Source of the DNA: an uncultured Chloroflexota bacterium
Lineage (GTDB): Bacteria > Chloroflexota > UBA11872 > UBA12225
Length of the DNA stretch: 64,000 nt
NCBI GenBank assembly: GCA_902805635.1
Contig: CADCTC010000018.1
Location: 48-64,047 of the forward strand
Direction: 5' to 3'
The notes beneath the pieces were generated by a model. It was not told the origin of the DNA. It did no database searches and saw nothing but the letters and a program-made list of their open reading frames with translations. Positions within the stretch are counted from its first letter, which is position 1, and each line of letters begins with the position of its first letter. Both the position numbers and the translations under genes were made by a program. Positions 29,002 to 37,697 of the stretch are shown here, in pieces.

Positions 29002-29952
29002 ATGACAGCAGACGTCCGCAGCGCAGATGCGACGGAACAGAAGGCGCACGAAGTAACCGGGGTACTTGATCCGCAGACGGTGCTGGACCACGCGCACCTG
29101 ATCGTGCACAGCTTGGACAAGGTGCTGCCGTTCTACACCGACGTGCTGCGCTTCAAGGTGCACCGGCGCGAAGACCAACCGGACGGACGCTTCGTCGCAC
29201 TGGGCGCCGGGGCACATGACCTGCTGCGCCTCACAGAGCGGCCGGCGTCGCCGTCTGCCGGCCGTACCGCCGGCATGTATCACATGTCGTTCGTGGTGCA
29301 GGAACGGGTGGACCTGGCGCGCTGGCTGCAGCGTATCGCCGAGACGAAGACGCCGGTAGAGGGGTTGGTGCACCACGCGCCGGCGGCCGAGGCCATCTAC
29401 CTGCCCGACCCGGAAGGGAATACCGTGGAGCTGAACTGGGACCCGCCGCGCGAGGTGTGGTCCCGGCCGGGGCAGCCGCCGTTCAAGGGAAACCTGCCGC
29501 TGGACACCGATTCGCTGCTCCAGCTGCTGGTGGGGCAGCCGGAGGAATGGGCCGGGCCGCCGCCAGATACGACCTTCAGCCACATCCACCTGTACGTGGG
29601 GGATCTGGAGGCCGCGTCCCGGTTCTACGAGGGCGTACTGGGGTTCGAGCGGACGGCGGCATTCCCTGGCCAGGCGGTGTTCGTGTCGGCGGGTGGCTAC
29701 CACCACCACGTGGCGTTCAACGTCTGGAAGGGGCGCGGCATCCCGCCGCAGCCGGAAGGATCGGCGGGGCTGCGGTATTACGTGGTGCGTCTGCCGGACC
29801 AGCCGGAGTTCAACCGTGTGCTGGCGCGGGTGCGCGCCGCCGGGCTCCCGGTGCAGGACGTGCCGGACGCGGCTAACGCGGGCGCCACGGGCGGCGTGCT
29901 GCTGCGCGATCCCGCCGGGCTGGGGGTAGTGCTGGCTGTGGACAGCGCCTGA
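29002..29952 (+). CDS. VOC-family protein, CatE-like catechol 2,3-dioxygenase
   Basis: GMYH, EAIYLPDPEGN.VEL, HIHLYVGDL, SAGGYHHHVAFNVW. Confidence 0.85.
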   Translation: MTADVRSADATEQKAHEVTGVLDPQTVLDHAHLIVHSLDKVLPFYTDVLRFKVHRREDQPDGRFVALGAGAHDLLRLTERPASPSAGRTAGMYHMSFVVQERVDLARWLQRIAETKTPVEGLVHHAPAAEAIYLPDPEGNTVELNWDPPREVWSRPGQPPFKGNLPLDTDSLLQLLVGQPEEWAGPPPDTTFSHIHLYVGDLEAASRFYEGVLGFERTAAFPGQAVFVSAGGYHHHVAFNVWKGRGIPPQPEGSAGLRYYVVRLPDQPEFNRVLARVRAAGLPVQDVPDAANAGATGGVLLRDPAGLGVVLAVDSA

Positions 29953-29982
29953 TCCGTTCACGCATCAGAACGGCGAGGGGTT

Positions 29983-30050
29983 CTTGAGCCGAGGGCGCGC
30001 AAGTTTGCTGACAGTGGCGGCTTGACGCTCAGCGCAGGGCGGGCTAGCAT
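29983..30050 (+). promoter_or_regulatory. clpP promoter with upstream HAIR-like dyad
   Basis: TTGACG(30022)-17 bp-TAGCAT(30045); CTTGAGC-N7-GCGCAAG at 29983-30003. Confidence 0.55.
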
Positions 30051-30121
30051 TCTGTGAGGGCCGGGGGATCGGCCCTACCGCGCTTGCGGGTCCCCAAATC
30101 TTCTTCAATTCGGAGTGTTGT

Positions 30122-30811
30122 ATGGCCCTCGTTCCTCATGTCATCGAATCGACTCCGCGCGGCGAGCGCGGCATGGACATCTATTCGCGCCTGCTGCGCG
30201 AGCGAATCATCTTCATCGGCACGGCGATAGACGACCAGCTGGCGAACACGGTGGTGGCGCAGCTGCTCTTGCTGCGCAGCGAGGATCCTGACCGTGACAT
30301 CCAGCTGTACATCAACTCGCCGGGTGGCGGCGTGCACGCGGGGCTGGCGATCTACGACGCGATGCAGTACGTGCAGTCGAGCGGCAAAGCGCGCATCCAC
30401 ACTTACTGCTACGGACTGGCGGCGAGCTTTGGCGCGGTGCTGCTGGCCGGTGGAGGCAAGGGCAACCGCTACGCGCTGCCCAACGCGACGATCATGATCC
30501 ACCAGCCGTGGGCACAGGGCACACGTGGCGGGCAGGCCAGCGACCTCGAGATCGAGGCGCGCGAGATCCTGCGCACGCGGGCGCGTCTGAACGAGATCCT
30601 CGCCAAGCACACTGGCCAGCCGCTAGAGCGCATCCAGCGCGACACCGATCGCGATTATTACCTGACCGCGGAGCAGGCGCTTGAGTACGGCCTGATCGAC
30701 GCCGTGATCACGAACGCTGCCGAAGCGGGACAGGCCGATGCGGGCCAGGACGGCGCTGCTCAGGCTGAAGCCGGGCAGCGTGAGTCTGGACAAGCAACGC
30801 CTGCGGCATAA
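30122..30811 (+). CDS. clpP: ATP-dependent Clp protease proteolytic subunit
   Basis: [20 protein letters not shown], triad GLAAS / IHQP / DRD. Confidence 0.96.
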   Translation: MALVPHVIESTPRGERGMDIYSRLLRERIIFIGTAIDDQLANTVVAQLLLLRSEDPDRDIQLYINSPGGGVHAGLAIYDAMQYVQSSGKARIHTYCYGLAASFGAVLLAGGGKGNRYALPNATIMIHQPWAQGTRGGQASDLEIEAREILRTRARLNEILAKHTGQPLERIQRDTDRDYYLTAEQALEYGLIDAVITNAAEAGQADAGQDGAAQAEAGQRESGQATPAA

Positions 30812-30812
30812 G

Positions 30813-30917
30813 GGTGTCTGGCTGGGAGCAGGAACGCGCGCCGAGGCGGCCGATCAGCTTGCGACGCGCCTGGCGGAACGGCTACGGTCGCTTGGCGTCG
30901 ATACATCTGCGGTGTGA
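30813..30917 (+). pseudogene. Gene-end remnant resembling the C-terminal tail of Uma2-family proteins
   Basis: RAEAADQLATRLAERLRSLGVDTSAV* with no start codon or catalytic domain. Confidence 0.4.
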
Positions 30918-31054
30918 TACGCACGGCTCCGCATGGACCGTTGCGGTCATCGTGTAGCGCGGTGGAGCTGCGTGCCCGTGAGCCGCGCCAGGGTCGCCAG
31001 CCGGGCGGAGACATCAAACGTGAGCGTGTGGTCCGGGTGGACTACTCTCCCGCG

Positions 31055-32188
31055 CTACTCGACTGTTCGCGCCACACGCCGCCGCAGGAGTGCGTCTTCG
31101 GCTGCGTAGCGGGCGTGCATCTCCTGCTCGGAAGGCACCCGGTCTGCCGGTGGGGGATTGGCACGCTCCCACGTGACTGTCCGCCGCAGCGCCTCCTCTG
31201 GCACAACGCCCTCGGCATACCCCAGCTCGGCTCTGATGCGCGCAGTGTCCACCACCCAATGGTGGTCCGTGTCGATCTGGGGCACCAGGTGCGCGGGCGC
31301 GTCTTCCGGTGGAATGACAACAACCTCGCCGCGCCAACCGGCGGCACGGCCAACGGCGCGGACCCACTCGGCTTCGGTTACCGCGTCCAGCTCACCAACG
31401 TTGTAAATGCGGCCGGCGGCACGGTCGTTGGTGGCTGCCAGCACTGCCGAGAAGGCTACGTCCCCGGCGTAGCCGCGCGTGGCACCCCAGCGCGCACGGC
31501 CAGCTTCGAGCATGATCGTGGGGCGGCCGGCGTCCATCTGGCGCAGGTATCCGAAGAGGCGGTGTAGCGGGTCGCGCGGACCGTATACCATCGGCCAGCG
31601 CAGCATGGTGCCGGGCAGAGCTGGCTCGCCAAGCAACACGCGCTCGGCTAGGATCTTCTCCACTCCTGGTTGGTCGGGGAACAACTGCTCGCGCAAGGGC
31701 GCTTCCTCGGAGAGTGGCACCGGGTCTGGCGGACCGGGTTCACGTCGGTGGATGCGCCCGTAGGCACGGTACACGTCCATGCTGCTGATGCCGACAATGC
31801 GGTGGGCAATGCCGCGGAGTGCATGCACAGCGAGGTATGAGTCTGCCTGCGCGCGGGGCACCGTGTACAGGGCGACCTCCGGGGTGAAGCGGCGCACCTC
31901 CGCCTGAATCTCCGGGTCCAGCAGGAACGCGGGGTAGCGCAGCGCGAAGAGGGGGTCTTCGGCCGCAAACCGCTCGACGTAGTCCGGTGCCAGCTGCCGC
32001 ACGAGCCGGTGGCGGCTCTCTGGGTCGAGCCACTTCGCGGGGTCCGGATGGAGGTGCGCGACCTCTGACGGCAGGTCGGCCTCGTGTGTGCCGTGGTGCG
32101 CAACCGTCACCGTGTGCCCCAGAGCGATCAAGCCGTGCACTACGTAGGGGCCGACGAAGCCGGTACCACCAAGCACAAGTATTCGCAC
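31055..32188 (-). CDS. NAD-dependent epimerase/dehydratase (atypical SDR)
   Basis: ILVLGGTGFVG, ISSMDVY, LRWPMVYGP; GTG start with GGAG SD. Confidence 0.85.
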   Translation of the reverse strand: MRILVLGGTGFVGPYVVHGLIALGHTVTVAHHGTHEADLPSEVAHLHPDPAKWLDPESRHRLVRQLAPDYVERFAAEDPLFALRYPAFLLDPEIQAEVRRFTPEVALYTVPRAQADSYLAVHALRGIAHRIVGISSMDVYRAYGRIHRREPGPPDPVPLSEEAPLREQLFPDQPGVEKILAERVLLGEPALPGTMLRWPMVYGPRDPLHRLFGYLRQMDAGRPTIMLEAGRARWGATRGYAGDVAFSAVLAATNDRAAGRIYNVGELDAVTEAEWVRAVGRAAGWRGEVVVIPPEDAPAHLVPQIDTDHHWVVDTARIRAELGYAEGVVPEEALRRTVTWERANPPPADRVPSEQEMHARYAAEDALLRRRVARTVE

Positions 32189-32322
32189 AAGCCTACTCCA
32201 CCGCCATGGCTGCGTGTCTCTTGGCCGCCGACCTCGGCGATGACGTCTGAGACATTGTTTATGCCGAGACTCCGTGACCCAAGGATACCGAAAATAGGCT
32301 GCTCTCATCTAATTTTGTTAGG

Positions 32323-34287
32323 ATGACCAGCAACACGATGAACGCGGGGGCGCTCGACGCGCGGCGGCTGCGCCACTGCTTGCGCGTCTCGCCGGCGACG
32401 CTGGGGCAACTCCACCTCATGGCGCTGCTGCCGCGGGTGAGTGGGCAGCTGGCGGCGGCGCTGGGCGTGCTGGTGGCGGTGACGGCGGCGCTGCCGCTGG
32501 TGTTCACGCTGGCATCGGGTGCGCTGGTCGGCTCGATCCCCGGCGCGGTGCGCGCGGGAGCCGGCTCGCCGGAAGCCGAGGCGGCGCTGGGCGTGCTGGC
32601 ACTGACGGCGGCGGTCTTCGTGCTGCAGCGGCTGATCGGCCCGATCCGGGGGATCGTGGCGGCTCAGCTGGGGCTGCTCGTGGAGCAGCACCTGGAAGCG
32701 CGGCTGATGTGCGCCGTGTGCACGCCGGTGGGGATCGCGCACCTGGAAGACCCGGCGATGCTGGACCGCATCGCGCAAGCGCAGGAGGTGGGCACGGCGG
32801 GGTGGAAGCCGGCAGAGGCGGTGACGGCGCTGGCGAACGTCGCACCGCTCTGGCTGCAGAGCGTTGGTTTTGCGCTGATGCTGGGCAGCTTCCAGTGGTG
32901 GCTGGGCGCGGGCACTCTGGCCGTCCAGGTCTACGCAGCGCGGATACACCGGCGCGAGTACCTGCGCACGGTGAAGGTGCAGGCGGGCAGCACGACGCTG
33001 CTGCGGCGCGCCAGCTACTTGCGCGATCTGGCGCTGATCCCCGCGCCGGCCAAGGAAGTGCGCCTGTTTGGGCTGGCCCGCTGGTTGAGCGCGCGGTTCG
33101 CGGCGGAGTGGGCGGGCGCGATGCGTGGGGTGTGGCGCGAGCGGGCGCACGGTGCGCGGGCGCGTAGCGTAGCTGTGGCGCTGGACATGGCAACGTACGG
33201 CGCGGCGCTAGCGTACGCGGGCTGGGCAGGCGTGCAGGGGATGGTCTCGCTCGCAACGCTGGCGGTGCTGGTGAGCGCCATCAACGGAGCGCGTGCAATT
33301 CAGAGCCTCAGCGCCGACGACATGCGCCTGGAGTGGGGCGCGGCCGCGGTGCCGGCGGTACTGGAGCTGGAGCGGCTGCTGGCCGGCGGGAACGGCGGGA
33401 ACGCCGGCCGAAGTCCGGGTTCAGCTGGTGAGCCACGGCGCCGGTTAGATGGAAACAGGCAGGCGGCTTCAGCAGCGCCGGGCATCCGGTTTGAGGGGGT
33501 TACGTTTCGGTACCCCGATGCCAAGCGCGAGACGCTGGCGGGGCTGACACTAGAGATCCCGGCAGGCCGTTCGCTGGCGATCGTGGGTGCGAACGGGGCG
33601 GGCAAGACGACGCTGATCAAGCTGCTGTGCCGGCTCTATGAGCCGCAGGCGGGGAGAATCACCGTGGATGGCGTGTCGCTGGCGGAGACTGAGCCGGCGG
33701 TCTGGCGCCGGCGAGTGGCGGCGATCTTCCAGGATTTCGTGCAGTATCCACTGCCCGCGCGCGACAACGTGGGTTTCGGCGCGCTGGAGCACGCCCGCGA
33801 CATGGCGCGGCTGGAGGCGGCGGCTCGGGCCGCGGGGACACTGGATGTGATCCAGCAACTGCCCGCGGGATGGGACACGGTCCTCTCGCGCGAGTTCACG
33901 GGTGGGGCGGAGCTGTCGGGCGGACAGTGGCAGCGGGTGGCGCTGGCGCGGGCTCTGTTCGCGGCCAACGGCGGGGCGGACGTGCTTATCCTGGACGAGC
34001 CGACGGCGAGCCTGGACGTGCGCGCCGAGGCGGCGCTGTACGAGAGTTTCTTGGAGATCACGCGCGAGATCACCACGATTCTGATCTCGCACCGATTCTC
34101 GACCGTGCGCTTGGCGCAGCACATCTGCGTGCTGGAGGACGGCCGGGTGGCGGAGCGCGGGACGCATGATGAGCTGATGGCGTTGAGAGGGCGGTACGCC
34201 GAGCTGTTCGCGCTGCAGGCCGCGCGATTCGTGGGGGACCAGCCGCCGGCGCCGGAGCCCGGGCAGTGCGCGCAGGCGGCGGTGTAG
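32323..34287 (+). CDS. ABC exporter, fused permease/ATPase
   Basis: TM domain; GANGAGKTT, LSGGQWQR, ILDEPT, ISHRFS. Confidence 0.92.
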   Translation: MTSNTMNAGALDARRLRHCLRVSPATLGQLHLMALLPRVSGQLAAALGVLVAVTAALPLVFTLASGALVGSIPGAVRAGAGSPEAEAALGVLALTAAVFVLQRLIGPIRGIVAAQLGLLVEQHLEARLMCAVCTPVGIAHLEDPAMLDRIAQAQEVGTAGWKPAEAVTALANVAPLWLQSVGFALMLGSFQWWLGAGTLAVQVYAARIHRREYLRTVKVQAGSTTLLRRASYLRDLALIPAPAKEVRLFGLARWLSARFAAEWAGAMRGVWRERAHGARARSVAVALDMATYGAALAYAGWAGVQGMVSLATLAVLVSAINGARAIQSLSADDMRLEWGAAAVPAVLELERLLAGGNGGNAGRSPGSAGEPRRRLDGNRQAASAAPGIRFEGVTFRYPDAKRETLAGLTLEIPAGRSLAIVGANGAGKTTLIKLLCRLYEPQAGRITVDGVSLAETEPAVWRRRVAAIFQDFVQYPLPARDNVGFGALEHARDMARLEAAARAAGTLDVIQQLPAGWDTVLSREFTGGAELSGGQWQRVALARALFAANGGADVLILDEPTASLDVRAEAALYESFLEITREITTILISHRFSTVRLAQHICVLEDGRVAERGTHDELMALRGRYAELFALQAARFVGDQPPAPEPGQCAQAAV

Positions 34288-34292
34288 GCGAG

Positions 34293-36127
34293 ATGGAAGT
34301 GCAGCCCGATGAAAGCACGCGCCGGGAGGCACCAAGGGAGTGGCCTCGGGCGCGTGTCCGGGCTCTGGCGGTGCTGCTGGCGTTCGGATTCCGCGCGAGT
34401 CCCACGCAGTGGGTCACGCTGTTCGCCGCCAACCTGGGCTATCCGCTCGCGGGGCTGGCCATGACGTACTCGACCAAGCTGCTCGTGGATGCCGCGTTGG
34501 TGGGGCATTGGGACGGCGTGCTGTTCGCGGCCTCGCTGGCGGCTACTGCGGGGGTGGTCGCGGGCCTGTGCGGATTGGGCTACGTACAGCTCGTGATCGA
34601 AAACATCGAGCGGGCAGGTGAGCTGATCGACCGGCAGCTGATCGGGCTGGTGGCGGGAATCCCGGGGCTGGAGCACCACGAGCGCCCGGATTACGCTGAC
34701 GAAGTGGCGCTGGTGCGCTCCCAGCGGCACCTGCTGGCGGAGGCGACCAACGGCGTGGTGCTCAATCTCCGCATGTGGGTGGCGTTGATCGGCAGCGCGG
34801 CGCTGCTGTTCCGGCTGGACCCGCTGCTGGTGCTGCTGCCCCTGTTCGGGCTGGGCTCACTGCGGACGGGGGGAAGAGCGAACAGGATACGAAAGCGCCT
34901 GGAGGAGAGGAACGCGGAGCGCGGCCGGCTGCGGAGGCACCTGTTCACGATGGCGACGACGGCCGCGCCGGCGAAGGAAGTGCGTGTCTTCGGGCTGGCG
35001 GACGAGCTGGTGGCGCGGCATGGAACGGTGGTCGGCGCGATGGTGGCGGACTCGGCGCGTGCAGCCTGGCAGCGGTCGTGGTTGGAGGTGGCGGGCTCGC
35101 TGTGCTTCGCAGTGGGGTACGTGGGATCGGTGGCGCTGGTGCTGGTGCGGGCGCTGCGGGGGGAGGCGACACCGGGCGACGTAGTGCTCGCGCTGGGACT
35201 GGCGGCGCAGGTCAACCGGGCGCTGGCGGACGTGGTGGACATGGCGAGCTATCTGGGGCGGGCGCTAACGGCGGCGAGCCGCTACGTCTGGCTAGCGGAC
35301 TACGCCGCGACGGCGCAGCACGACCGGGTAGATCCGTCAGCTGCGCCGTCGCGGCTACTGGGCGGGATCGCCGTCGAGGGCGTGTCGTTCCAGTATCCGG
35401 GGACGCCAGCGCCGGTTCTGCGGGACGTGTCGCTGCGGCTGCCGGCGGGGGCGGTGGTGGCGCTGGTGGGGAGAACGGCTCCGGCAAGACGACTCTGGTG
35501 AAGTTGCTGTCGCGCTTCTACGGGCCGGACCAGGGACGGATCACCGTCGATGGGATCGACCTGCGTAGCTTCGACGTGGACGGGTGGCGTGGCCGCATGA
35601 GCGCGGGGTACCAGGACTTCTGCCGCTTCGAGCTCCTGGCACGCGAGACGGTGGGCGTGGGGGACCTGGGGCGCATGGCGCAACCCGGGGTCGTGGAGGA
35701 TGCCGCCGCGCGGGCGGGCGCGGGAGAGGTGGTGGCGGCGTTGCCGCGGGTGCTGGAGACGCAGCTGGGCACGGCGTGGGAGGGCGGCGTGGAGCTCTCG
35801 GGCGGGCAGTGGCAGAAGCTGGCGCTGGCGCGGGCGCTGATGCGCGAGACGCCACTGCTCGTCGTGTTTGACGAGCCGACGGCGTCGCTGGACGCGCAGG
35901 CGGAGCACGCACTGTTCGAGCGGTTCGCCCAGGGGGCGCGCAGCGGTGCGCGATGGGGCGCAGTGACACTGCTGGTGTCGCACCGCTTTTCCACGGTGCG
36001 TATGGCGGATCTTATCGTGGTGCTGGAAGGTGGGCGGGTGCTGGAGCGCGGGAGTCACGCCGAGTTGATGGCAGGCAACGGCCTATACGCCGAGCTGTAT
36101 GCGCTGCAGGGCAGGGCCTATCGGTAG
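34293..36127 (+). pseudogene. Second ABC exporter half, frameshifted at Walker A (real lesion or sequencing error)
   Basis: TM domain in ORF 34266..35501, ATPase (ENGSGKTT, LSGGQWQK, DEPT) in ORF ending 36127; one extra G in the run at 35468-35471 restores VGENGSGKT. Confidence 0.85.
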
Positions 36128-36364
36128 GGCACACGCGCCTCTCTTCACCGTGTCGCGCGGTATCCACTGGAGCGTCGCCCACGGTTGAGAAAGAGTGCCC
36201 CACCGCGTGCGCCGTTGTCACCATTTTGTCACCTCTTCGCGACCTTGCCGAACGTCCTAGTTTCTGCTGAGCGAGAGGCGACCGCCGTAGAGTACATATG
36301 CGTCCACCGCAGTACGAAAGTACCGTAGGGGAATGGGGAACGGGCGCGGGAAATCAAGGAGCGT

Positions 36365-36733
36365 ATGTTCATGTTCAAGCGGAAGCTACTTTCAGGTCTT
36401 TTTGCGGGCGCAATGCTGGTGCTCTCGGCACTGCCGGCGGCTGCGCAGGACCAGCTGGCGTTTACCTTCGTCAATAACAGCGGCTTTGTCGTGAGCGGCC
36501 TGTACGTCGATCCTTCGAGCGCCAAGAACTGGGGCGCGAACATCCTCTCGGCTCCTATGGACGTTGAGGGCGGCTCGGTTGACGTCTCCTTCTCCGGCTA
36601 CGGCAGCGGCACTTGCGTGTTCGACATTGCGGCCGAGTTCACCGACGGCTCATGGCAGTACAACGACCAGTTCAACCTCTGCTCCATCGGCAAGGTCACG
36701 CTCAACCCCGAGAACAAGTGGTCCTGGGAGTAA
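36365..36733 (+). CDS. Small secreted beta-rich protein with two Cys
   Basis: Sec signal ending AAA-Q; FTFVNNSG...LYVDPSS...W...IL, CVFDI, NLC; AAGGAG SD. Confidence 0.8.
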   Translation: MFMFKRKLLSGLFAGAMLVLSALPAAAQDQLAFTFVNNSGFVVSGLYVDPSSAKNWGANILSAPMDVEGGSVDVSFSGYGSGTCVFDIAAEFTDGSWQYNDQFNLCSIGKVTLNPENKWSWE

Positions 36734-36769
36734 TCCCAATCGCCGGCATGCCGGCACCTCGTTGATCGC

Positions 36770-36808
36770 CGAACGGGCGCTGCTCCTAGCTGGAGCAGCG
36801 CCCGTTCG
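36770..36808. terminator. Strong hairpin between convergent genes
   Basis: cgaacgggcgctgctcc-tagct-ggagcagcgcccgttcg, 17-bp perfect stem. Confidence 0.7.
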
Positions 36809-36853
36809 TGATTCTGGCGGACACCTAAGTGGGCCTACGCGCTCCTGCGGTTG

Positions 36854-37648
36854 CTAGCTGCGCACCGGAAAGACGGACAGGGCGGTGCCGCCGAAAATGG
36901 CCTCCCGATCTGCAGCGGACCGATCCGCGAATCGGTCCTGGATCAGGCGCAGCGCGTTCTGGTAGCCTTCGCGGCCGGCAGCCGGCGGGTAGTCGCTGCC
37001 CCACATGAGGCGTGAGGGGCCGAACGCGTCGTAGAAGCGTGGCAGAAGCGCGGGGATGGGCTCGACGAACATGAATGGCTCGCGCACCGGCATGGCGCGC
37101 TGGCAGAATTCGCCCAGGCCGGGCACCTTGACGTACAGGTTGGGGTAGCGTGCCAGCGCCAGCACCTGATCGTGCACCTCGGGTTTCCAGGTGGGGAACG
37201 ACGTGCCGATGCCGGCGAGATGCTCCATGACGATCTTGAGCTGGGGCAGCGCCTCCACGATGTGTAGAAAGTCCGGCGACGCAAACTCGGCGTCGGCGCC
37301 CAGGCAGCTGATCGAGAGGCCCAGGCGGTCGGCCTCGCGCCAAATTGCGAGCGGGTCGTCTCCGGGCGAGCGACTCCAGGGGCGCAGGCGCACGCCGCAC
37401 GCCCCCTCGCCGGCTAGTTGCGCCAGCCGGTCCGGCGCGTCCGCTTGCTCCCAGTCCAGGCCCACTACATTGGCGAACCGGCCCGGAAAGCGCTGCTGGC
37501 ACTCCGCCTGGTAGGAATTGTCGTACTGGCCGCGGATCTGGATCAGGATGGCGTGCGCCACGCCGTTGCGGTCCATCTCGTGGACGAGGCTCTCCACCGG
37601 CTGGAACCAGGCCAGCGAGGCGTGGCAGTGGCTATCGACTATAGGCAT
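36854..37648 (-). CDS. Amidohydrolase family protein (sugar lactonase-like)
   Basis: IVDSHCH, GVRL, VMEHLA, RLMWGSDYP. Confidence 0.85.
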   Translation of the reverse strand: MPIVDSHCHASLAWFQPVESLVHEMDRNGVAHAILIQIRGQYDNSYQAECQQRFPGRFANVVGLDWEQADAPDRLAQLAGEGACGVRLRPWSRSPGDDPLAIWREADRLGLSISCLGADAEFASPDFLHIVEALPQLKIVMEHLAGIGTSFPTWKPEVHDQVLALARYPNLYVKVPGLGEFCQRAMPVREPFMFVEPIPALLPRFYDAFGPSRLMWGSDYPPAAGREGYQNALRLIQDRFADRSAADREAIFGGTALSVFPVRS

Positions 37649-37697
37649 GGTGGTCACTCCGAGAGTGGTGTGAAGTGCTGATGTGGTGATGGCAGGT

